From Gemmatimonadota bacterium (GTDB taxonomy: Bacteria > Gemmatimonadota > Gemmatimonadetes > Gemmatimonadales > Gemmatimonadaceae): a DNA stretch of 64,000 nucleotides. The stretch is from positions 1 to 64,000 of the forward strand of contig JANMLN010000083.1 of the NCBI GenBank assembly GCA_031372565.1, read 5' to 3'. Under the pieces are notes generated by a model. That model did not search any database. It saw only the letters and a list, made by a program, of their open reading frames with translations, and had not been told where the DNA came from. This document shows positions 56,799-64,000 of this stretch, in pieces. Each line of letters begins with the position of its first letter. Position 1 is the first letter of the stretch. Both the position numbers and the translations under genes were made by a program.

Positions 56799-58414
56799 GT
56801 CGCGTGGTGGTTGTGGGTTCCGGAGCGACGGGAGTGCATTTCGCGCTCACCGCGCTCGAGCGCGGACATGACGTCACGATGCTCGACGTGGGCCATGAGC
56901 GCCCCGCGGCCGTGCTTCCCGGCGCGACGTACGACGGACTCAAGCAGCAGTTGCCGGACCCTGTCGGATACTTTCTTGGCAGCCACGGCGAAGGGGTCGT
57001 CTACCCGTCCACGAGCGCGTCGTACTACGGGCATCCGCCAAGCAAGCAGTATGTGTTTGACATCCCGCGCGGCTTCGAGACGAAGAACATCGCGATGGCA
57101 CCGCGCTTCAGTTTCGCGCGCGGCGGACTCGCGGAGGCGTGGACCGGTGGTGCCTACGCCTACAATCGCGATGACCTCGGTCCGTACCCTGTGTCGTACG
57201 ACGACATGCAGCGCAGCTATGCGACGGTGGCGCGCCGCATCGGCATCGGAGCCGTCCGGGACGACTTGGAGCGGTTCATCCCGTTCGATGAGAGCTACCG
57301 GGCGCCGTTGCCGTTCGACCGACACTCGCAATGGCTCTGGGATCGCTACCACACGCGCCGCGACAGGCTGCAACAGGCCCATGGCTTCTATCTTGGCCGT
57401 TCACGCGTTGCGACGCTGAGCGCCGACATGGGTGAACGCCATGGCTGTGGGCAGCTTGGGCGGTGCCTGTGGGGATGCCCCCGGGAGTCGATCTACAGCC
57501 CGTTTCACACTCTGCGCGAGTGCATGGCGTACCCACGCTTCACCTACGTGCCGGGTGTGTTGGTGCGGCACTTCGAGTACGGGGAGGGCGGTGCGGTCAC
57601 ACGCATCGTGGGGCGTCGCGCGGACACGCGCGAAGCCGTGACCATCGAGGGCGACCTGTTTGCGCTCGCGGCCGGAGCGCTGACCAGCTCCAAGATCATG
57701 CTCGACTCGACCTTTCGGCATGCCGGAAAGATTGCGGTGTTGCCGGGACTGATGGACAATCTGCAGATCCACGTGCCGTTCCTGACGCCGGCGATGATCG
57801 GCACGGCCGTGCAAACAGCGAGCTACCAGTTCCATCATCTGGCGTTCGGCGTGACGCGCCCTGATCCGCACGATTATGTGCACGGGCAGATCACCACGCT
57901 GAAGTCGGCGTCGATTCACCCGATCGTGCAGAGCCTGCCGCTCGACCTGCGCGGCTCGATCGGGGCTTTCCGTGCGCTGCGCGCGGGACTCGGCGTGGCG
58001 AACGTGAATCTCGCCGATCGGCGACGGGAGGCGAGCCGACTCACGCTCCGTGCGACGGGCGGCGGCGACGAAGATACCGAGCTGGTCATCCACTATAGCG
58101 AGGATGCGGCGGAACCAGCTCGCCGGGACTCTGCCGTGCGTTCGGTCAAGCAAGCACTCGGCGCCATGGGATGCATTGTCCCGCCCGGCATGACGCGTGT
58201 CTTGCCACGCGGTACGAGCGTCCACTATGCCGGTACCATGCCCATGTCACACACCCCCGGCGAGTTCACGTGTCGGCCGGATGGCCGCAGTCACGCGCAC
58301 GGCAACCTGTACATCGTCGATGGGGCGAGTCTGCCGTTCCTCCCGGCCAAGAATCACACCTTTACGCTGATGGCAAATGCCCATCGGGTGGCTGAGGGGC
58401 TGCCAGCCGCGTGA
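56795..58414 (+). CDS. GMC-family FAD oxidoreductase with Cys motif
   Basis: VVVGSGATG, GGLAEAWTG, CGQLGRCLWGCP, LAAGAL, HYAGT, NLYIVDG, NHTFTLMANA. Confidence 0.85.
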   Translation: MSRVVVVGSGATGVHFALTALERGHDVTMLDVGHERPAAVLPGATYDGLKQQLPDPVGYFLGSHGEGVVYPSTSASYYGHPPSKQYVFDIPRGFETKNIAMAPRFSFARGGLAEAWTGGAYAYNRDDLGPYPVSYDDMQRSYATVARRIGIGAVRDDLERFIPFDESYRAPLPFDRHSQWLWDRYHTRRDRLQQAHGFYLGRSRVATLSADMGERHGCGQLGRCLWGCPRESIYSPFHTLRECMAYPRFTYVPGVLVRHFEYGEGGAVTRIVGRRADTREAVTIEGDLFALAAGALTSSKIMLDSTFRHAGKIAVLPGLMDNLQIHVPFLTPAMIGTAVQTASYQFHHLAFGVTRPDPHDYVHGQITTLKSASIHPIVQSLPLDLRGSIGAFRALRAGLGVANVNLADRRREASRLTLRATGGGDEDTELVIHYSEDAAEPARRDSAVRSVKQALGAMGCIVPPGMTRVLPRGTSVHYAGTMPMSHTPGEFTCRPDGRSHAHGNLYIVDGASLPFLPAKNHTFTLMANAHRVAEGLPAA

Positions 58415-58523
58415 GCGGCGTGCGCGTGGCACGTTGCTGAAGCCGTTCGAGGGCGCGCCGGTGAGTGCCTGCCCTCGTCTGTCGCTCAGCTCGGTGCGTG
58501 CTGCGGGCTGGAACGCCTTGGTG

Positions 58524-60449
58524 CTACTTGGGCGATGATGTCGTCTCGTGGCGTCCCGTCTTCACCGAGTGCATCTGCTCGCGAAGGGTGCGCGTGAGCT
58601 GGACGCCCACCTCGGTCATGGCCAGATTCGTTTGCTCGGCTGGATCGCGGCGGAGGTCGAAGAGTTCCCGCACGCCGTCCGACCGCTCGATCAACAAGTG
58701 GTTCTGCGTCACAATCGCCGCAAGCGCGCCCTTCTCGGCGGGTCCATCCCACTCGATCATCCGACCCACCTCCGCGAGCGCCGCCGGGCGCGCGGAATCG
58801 GGCACTGGGCTTCGCGGCCACGGGTTCCCGGGGAATGCGCCAGGCGCAAGGCCCACGACCGAGGCGACCGTGGCCGGGAGGTCCGTGAGGGAGAGCGGAC
58901 CATCGAGACGTTGGCCGGCCGGGAACGCCCCGGGAAGCCGCACGAGCAGCGGAATGCGGAGCAGTGGCATGTACAGACTGTTGCCGTGGCCAATCAGTCG
59001 ATGCTCGCCGAATTGCTCTCCATGGTCGGACGAAATGATGAGCATCGTGTTGTCCAACGCCCCTGCCGAACGGAGATCAGCAAGCACGCGACCGATTTCG
59101 GCGTCGATGTACGAAATGCGGCGTTCGTAATCACCCTCAGCGCCGCGCCGGCCAGCCAATGCCGGATTGTGCGTCGGCGGGGCCGGCATCTCGCCATGCG
59201 CATCGAACAGATTGATGAACGCCATGTAGGGTCGGCCTGAAACGCCCGACCGCCACTTCTGAAAGGCGGCCAGCACGTTCGCGGCGTTGCGCTGCACGTG
59301 CACAGGCTCGCGCGGCATGGTCGCCGTCGCGGCCTTGAACGCCCGTGCGACATCCCCCAGTGATCGCGCGCGAATCATCATTCGGACGAACGGCAGCTGC
59401 ATCAGATTCGCGTGCAGGACGATCTCGGTCGGGGTGACACGGTAGTCATCCACGATGTCGAAGCCCTGCATCATCCCGGACTCGTACGTGGTATAGAACA
59501 GGTTGGCCGTGAACGCGCCCGTGCTGTAGCCACGGTCCCGCAGGGCCTCTGCCAGCGTTGGCGTGGTCAAACGAACCGGATGCTTCGGATCGGTGTTCAG
59601 CAGCCCGCTGCGCACGCCGGTGAACATCGAGGCGTGCGAGGGCAGCGACCACGCGGAGGGTGCAATCGCGTTCTGGTACACCGTGCTCTCGCCAGCCAGC
59701 TGCGCGAGTTGTGGGGTCGTCGGAATCTCCCAGCCGTACAGGCTCATGGACGCGGCGCGCACGGTGTCCAGGATCAGGACGATGATGTTCGGCGACTGCT
59801 GGGCGGGCGCCGTGGCGACGGGTCCGCGCGGGTTGGCGGAGCGTGCGCGGGCCACCCACTCGGTCATGATGATCGCGAGGAGCAGGGCCGAGCAGAGTGC
59901 GGCGGCACGGCGCGTCTGAACTGCCATGCGAGCCGGCGCGTCCCGAAACGCGAAGTACGAACGGACGCCGAGGCCGAGCGCGACCCAGAACAGTGCGAGC
60001 GGATGGATGTTGCGGAGCGGGAGCAATGCCGAAAACGCCGCCAAGGACAGACAGGTGGCACCAACGACAGGCCGGATGAGCGCTGGCCGGACGAGTCGCA
60101 TCGCGACCGCCGCGATCGCCGCCGCGCAGGTGATGATCACCGACGTGGCCAGCGGCGTCATCCAGAGCGCATCTCGGCTCATCCAGACAAACCTGTCCGC
60201 GACGTACCGGAGATACGCGTGACCAAGGAGCTGCGCGCCGGATGCGACCGCGGCGCTGGCGATGACGAGGCTGGCCGCCCAGCCCAGCGCTTCCATCAAG
60301 CCTCGCCCACGGGGCGTCCTGGCTTGGGGGGGCGCCGATCTGCTCGAGACGGATCCATCCTCCGGACTGACGTCGGAGGCGGCGGAAGCGATTGGCGGCG
60401 CGAGGAGATGTACCTGAACCGGAGTGGACATCGTCTCCGGGAAAGACAT
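58524..60449 (-). CDS. Membrane-anchored sulfatase-like (AlkP superfamily) enzyme
   Basis: About five N-terminal TMs, PNIIVLILDTVRA, WSLPSHASMFTG, TLAEALRDRGY, FINLFDAH, SDHGE, HG, ELFDL..DPAE. Start uncertain. Confidence 0.85.
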   Translation of the reverse strand: MSFPETMSTPVQVHLLAPPIASAASDVSPEDGSVSSRSAPPQARTPRGRGLMEALGWAASLVIASAAVASGAQLLGHAYLRYVADRFVWMSRDALWMTPLATSVIITCAAAIAAVAMRLVRPALIRPVVGATCLSLAAFSALLPLRNIHPLALFWVALGLGVRSYFAFRDAPARMAVQTRRAAALCSALLLAIIMTEWVARARSANPRGPVATAPAQQSPNIIVLILDTVRAASMSLYGWEIPTTPQLAQLAGESTVYQNAIAPSAWSLPSHASMFTGVRSGLLNTDPKHPVRLTTPTLAEALRDRGYSTGAFTANLFYTTYESGMMQGFDIVDDYRVTPTEIVLHANLMQLPFVRMMIRARSLGDVARAFKAATATMPREPVHVQRNAANVLAAFQKWRSGVSGRPYMAFINLFDAHGEMPAPPTHNPALAGRRGAEGDYERRISYIDAEIGRVLADLRSAGALDNTMLIISSDHGEQFGEHRLIGHGNSLYMPLLRIPLLVRLPGAFPAGQRLDGPLSLTDLPATVASVVGLAPGAFPGNPWPRSPVPDSARPAALAEVGRMIEWDGPAEKGALAAIVTQNHLLIERSDGVRELFDLRRDPAEQTNLAMTEVGVQLTRTLREQMHSVKTGRHETTSSPK

Positions 60450-60640
60450 GGGTCCACCAGACTCGAACGTCTGCGGAAGTGATCGCCTGCACAGCTAACG
60501 ATAGGGTCTTTGCCCTAGGCGCTATGCTGTATACATTAAGACGTGTCAATAGTACTTGCAATGACACCTTGGGGGGTGAGCGCGAGTGATGTCCGTTCCT
60601 TCAAGCGCGCTGAGGATGACGTTGCGCCGGCTCGCGCGCG

Positions 60641-62494
60641 GTGGTCGCTGTGGCTAGCGCCCGCACGGTCGTGGTCATCGGGCTCGACGGCCTCGAGCCA
60701 TCGATCGCTGAACCGATGATGGATGCGGGCGCGCTCCCGCATCTCGCCGCGCTACGAGCGCAGGGCGGCTTCGGACGGGTGGCGACCACGACGCCCGCCC
60801 AGACCCCGGTGGCGTGGTCCACCTTTGCGACCGGCGTGAACCCTGGGGCGCACGGCATCTTCGATTTCATCCGACGCGACCCGAAGACGTACCTCCCGGA
60901 CCTCGCGCTCAATCGCTACGAGCAGAAGAGCAGCTTTCTTCCGCCCAAGGCCGTGAACCTCCGGCGCGGCGTTCCCTTGTGGGAGGTGCTCTCGAAAGCA
61001 GGCATTCCCTCCACGGTGATTCGCTGCCCGTGCACGTACCCGCCCGACAGCTTCAAGGGCCGCATGCTGTCCGGCATGGGGGTTCCCGACCTGCGTGGCG
61101 GTCTTGGCACGAACACGTTCTACAGCACGCAGGACGGCGTCACGGCCGAGGAGAGCGAGGCCGTGGTCGCCATCAAGAGCGATGGACGCACGGTGCGCAC
61201 GCACCTCATCGGTCCTCGCAATCCCAAGACGGGCGGTGACCAGCTCCTCGAGATGTCGGTGGACATCGACCGTGCCGCCGGGAAAGTGACCGTGCGCTCC
61301 GATGGCCAGCCGAAGGCGCTCGACGTGCGCGTCGGCGAGTGGAGCGACTGGCTGCGCGTGAAGTTCAAGTTCGGGCTTCTGCAATCGGTGAGCGGGATGG
61401 TGCGCTTCCATCTCGTGGCACTCGAGCCGTTTGTCGAGCTCTACGCGTCCCCGATCAACTTCGATCCGGGCGCCCCCATGTTCCCGATCAGTCACCCGTG
61501 GGATTACGCGCAGGAACTGCAACGCACGATCGGGACGTACTACACCACCGGCATGGTGGAAGACCACGGGGGACTCAACAACGAGCGCTTCGACGAAGCC
61601 GCATTTCTGAGTCAATGCGATGACGTGCTCAGGGAGCGCGAGGCGATGCTGTCGTACGAACTCGATCGGCTGACCGACGGGTTCCTGTTCTGTCTCTTCG
61701 ACACGCCTGACCGATTGCAGCACATGATGTGGCGCTTTCGCGAAGACACGCATCCGGCCAATCATGGTGCGCTTGATGCGGCGTATCGCGGTGCCATCGA
61801 AGCACACTATCGCGCGTGCGACGCGGTGGTCGGTCGGGCCCTGTCGCGTGCCGACGACAAGACGCTCTTCATCGTCATGTCCGACCACGGCTTCTCGAGC
61901 TTCCAGCGCGGCGTCCATCTCAACAGCTGGCTGCAGGCCAACGGGTTCCTCACGCTCAAGAACGGGGCCGTGCCGGGTGACGCCGGCGACTTCTTCAAGA
62001 ACGTCGATTGGTCACGCACCAAGGCCTACGCCCTCGGACTGGGCAGCATGTACCTCAACGTGGCCGGTCGCGAGGCGGAGGGCATCGTGGCTCCGTCTGA
62101 CGCAGCGCGTGTGGCGCGCGCGATCGCGGACGGCCTGGGTGGCCTGCCCGATCCTGAACGCGGTGCCGTGGCCGTGCGCCGGGTGGTGACCCGTGATGAC
62201 GTCTACTCCGGGGCGTACGCCCACGAGTCGCCCGACCTCGTCGCACTGTTCAACGCGGGGTATCGCGTGTCGTGGGACACGGCGCTTGGTGGCATTCCGC
62301 ACGGTCTCATCGAGGACAACACGAAGAAGTGGGGAGGGGATCACATCATCGATCCCCTGCTCGTGCCGGGTGTCCTCTTCATGAATCGCACGTTTCGCAC
62401 CGAGGGCGCCCGCCTGCTCGACCTCGCACCCACCATTCTCTCGGCGCTCGGCCCGGGAAAACTTTCCGCAATGGAAGGGGAGTCGCTGCTGTGA
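60641..62494 (+). CDS. AlkP-superfamily type I phosphodiesterase/nucleotide pyrophosphatase (COG3379-like)
   Basis: VIGLDG, PAQTPVAWSTFATGVNPGAHGIFDF, DRLQH, MSDHGF, DWSRTKAY, GDH, DLAPTIL. Confidence 0.87.
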   Translation: MVAVASARTVVVIGLDGLEPSIAEPMMDAGALPHLAALRAQGGFGRVATTTPAQTPVAWSTFATGVNPGAHGIFDFIRRDPKTYLPDLALNRYEQKSSFLPPKAVNLRRGVPLWEVLSKAGIPSTVIRCPCTYPPDSFKGRMLSGMGVPDLRGGLGTNTFYSTQDGVTAEESEAVVAIKSDGRTVRTHLIGPRNPKTGGDQLLEMSVDIDRAAGKVTVRSDGQPKALDVRVGEWSDWLRVKFKFGLLQSVSGMVRFHLVALEPFVELYASPINFDPGAPMFPISHPWDYAQELQRTIGTYYTTGMVEDHGGLNNERFDEAAFLSQCDDVLREREAMLSYELDRLTDGFLFCLFDTPDRLQHMMWRFREDTHPANHGALDAAYRGAIEAHYRACDAVVGRALSRADDKTLFIVMSDHGFSSFQRGVHLNSWLQANGFLTLKNGAVPGDAGDFFKNVDWSRTKAYALGLGSMYLNVAGREAEGIVAPSDAARVARAIADGLGGLPDPERGAVAVRRVVTRDDVYSGAYAHESPDLVALFNAGYRVSWDTALGGIPHGLIEDNTKKWGGDHIIDPLLVPGVLFMNRTFRTEGARLLDLAPTILSALGPGKLSAMEGESLL

Positions 62495-63954
62495 AGATCC
62501 TCGTCATCGGTCTCGACTGCGCCGCACCTGATCTGCTCTTTGGCGACGAGTCGTTGGTGAATATCCGACGCCTCATGAGCATGGGCGCCTATGGTCGACT
62601 CGAAAGCGTCGTTCCGCCCATCACCATCCCCGCGTGGATGTGCATGTCCACCAGTCAGGATCCCGGGTCACTCGGCATCTATGGCTTCCGCAATCGCGGG
62701 GATCATTCGTACGACAAGCTGCAGATCGTCAACGCGAAGTCCATTCGCCAGATGGCGATGTGGGATTACCTCGCCACGGAAGGGAAGAAGTCGGTGCTCA
62801 TCGGCGTGCCGCCGAGTTTTCCGCCGCGCAAGGTGAACGGCATCTGTGTCGGGTGTTTTCTCACCCCCGATTCCAATTCCGACGTCTACACGCATCCGGC
62901 GTCGGTCGCGGCCGAAATTCGCGAGCTGGTCGGCGACTTCCCGGTGGACGTGAAGGGCTTCCGCACGGATCAGAAGGATTGGCTGCTCGAGCAGGTGTTC
63001 GACATGAGCCGCAAGCACTTCACCGTCATCCGGCATTACCTCAAGCAGGCGGAGTGGGACTACTTCCATTTCGTGAACATCGGGCTTGACCGGATGCATC
63101 ACGGCTTCTGGAGCTACTGCGATCCGAAGCATGTGGACTACGTACCCGGCAACAAGTACGAGCACGTCATCCGCGATTACTACAGGCATCTCGACGAGGA
63201 GATCGGAACCGTCCTCGAGCTGATTGACGACGAAACGATCGTCCTCGTGGTGTCAGATCACGGCGCGCAGCCGCTCGATGGCGGCTTCTGCGTGAACGAG
63301 TGGCTCGTGCGCGAAGGGCTGCTCGTGCTCCATGAGTATCCGAAGGAAGTCACCCCCTTCGGCAAACTGAACGTCGACTGGACGAAGACCAAGGTGTGGA
63401 GCGAAGGCGGCTATTACGCGCGCGTCTTCCTGAACATCGAGGGGCGTGAGCCGACCGGCGCGATTCCGAAGGGCGATGTGCTCCGGTTCCGCGACGAGCT
63501 GAAGGCGAAGCTCGAAGCCACCGTCGACGAGCATGGCACGCCACTCGGCACACTCGTCTTCAAGCCCGAGGAGATCTATCACGACGTGAAAAACGTCGCG
63601 CCCGATCTCATCGTGCACTTTGGCGCGCTCTCCTGGCGTTCGATCGGGGGGGTTGGCTACGACACGATTCACGTGCACGAGAACGACACCGGCCCGGACG
63701 ATTGCAACCATGCGCAGTTTGGCGCGTTCATCCTCGCGGCGGCCAACAGTCCGCTCTCCGGGGAGGTGGAAGGGGCGCGCCTGCTCGACATCGCGCCGAC
63801 GCTGTTCGAGCTCGGGGGTTACGAAATCCCGGAGACCTTCCAGGGACGCTCGCTCGTCTCGGGCAAGGTGGCGGACACCAGTCATCAAGACCTCGCGCCG
63901 GATCGCGAGGAGATCATTCGTCAGCGATTGGCCGGGCTCGGGTACATCTCATGA
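62491..63954 (+). CDS. Second AlkP-superfamily type I phosphodiesterase/nucleotide pyrophosphatase (COG3379-like)
   Basis: GTG 62491 overlapping the upstream stop. VIGLDC, PPITIPAW, DRMHH, VSDHG, DWTKTK, DDCNH, DIAPT, RLAGLGYI. Confidence 0.87.
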   Translation: MKILVIGLDCAAPDLLFGDESLVNIRRLMSMGAYGRLESVVPPITIPAWMCMSTSQDPGSLGIYGFRNRGDHSYDKLQIVNAKSIRQMAMWDYLATEGKKSVLIGVPPSFPPRKVNGICVGCFLTPDSNSDVYTHPASVAAEIRELVGDFPVDVKGFRTDQKDWLLEQVFDMSRKHFTVIRHYLKQAEWDYFHFVNIGLDRMHHGFWSYCDPKHVDYVPGNKYEHVIRDYYRHLDEEIGTVLELIDDETIVLVVSDHGAQPLDGGFCVNEWLVREGLLVLHEYPKEVTPFGKLNVDWTKTKVWSEGGYYARVFLNIEGREPTGAIPKGDVLRFRDELKAKLEATVDEHGTPLGTLVFKPEEIYHDVKNVAPDLIVHFGALSWRSIGGVGYDTIHVHENDTGPDDCNHAQFGAFILAAANSPLSGEVEGARLLDIAPTLFELGGYEIPETFQGRSLVSGKVADTSHQDLAPDREEIIRQRLAGLGYIS

Positions 63955-64000
63955 CGCCTGATGCTCCGCGCGTCGTTCGATCCGTGGCACGTGCAGCACG
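63951..64000 (+). CDS. Probable start of the next operon gene (truncated by the window)
   Basis: ATG at 63951 overlaps the preceding TGA (ATGA), and the frame is open to the window end (MTPDAPRVVRSVARAA). Confidence 0.4.
   Translation, partial: MTPDAPRVVRSVARAA

Noticed and set aside
1..64000. CRISPR array, rRNA, transposase, prophage or recognisable anti-phage defence operon
   Set aside because: No regularly spaced repeats or matching protein motifs found by eye. The EVE gene has no partner nuclease.

Overview
A 64-kb, very GC-rich bacterial chromosome segment. Protein style and gene order suggest Gemmatimonadota (inference only). Layout: (1) 1-5.7 kb is the tail of a chemosensory operon (cheR-cheD-cheB-ExeA-like AAA ATPase-CheW-like protein with a long Pro/Ala linker-cheW-TPR protein-HExxH peptidase). 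(2) A small unannotated membrane protein, tRNA-Val(TAC) and a secreted TPR protein lead into a dcw cluster (rsmH-ftsL-ftsI-murE-murF-mraY-murD-ftsW-murG-murC-ftsQ-ftsA). The cluster has no mraZ, murB or ddl, and ftsZ is displaced about 9 kb downstream by five accessory genes: an MDR reductase, TetR, a DUF4397-like lipoprotein, a DUF748-like protein and a beta-propeller/tricorn-like/GGT fusion. (3) ftsZ, a VWA membrane protein, ftsY, recG, a hybrid PAS/GAF kinase, a YVTN propeller, a carboxylesterase, an orphan CdiI-like protein, asnS, an EVE protein, an omega-amino acid transaminase, a DmpA peptidase and an MBL hydrolase. (4) 49.5-64 kb is a surface glycosylation/modification locus (FAD oxidoreductase, GT-C, two GT2, flippase-like protein, SDR, GMC oxidoreductase, non-canonical membrane sulfatase, two AlkP-superfamily enzymes) that continues past the window. 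I saw no CRISPR array, integrase or transposase. The most interesting candidates are a possible ParC/ParP-analogous ExeA+CheW module in the che operon, a tricorn-architecture Ntn-hydrolase with a remodelled GGT pocket, the split ftsA/ftsZ with DnaA boxes before ftsZ, and the glycan-decoration locus. All calls come from motif recognition by eye; no database searches were run.
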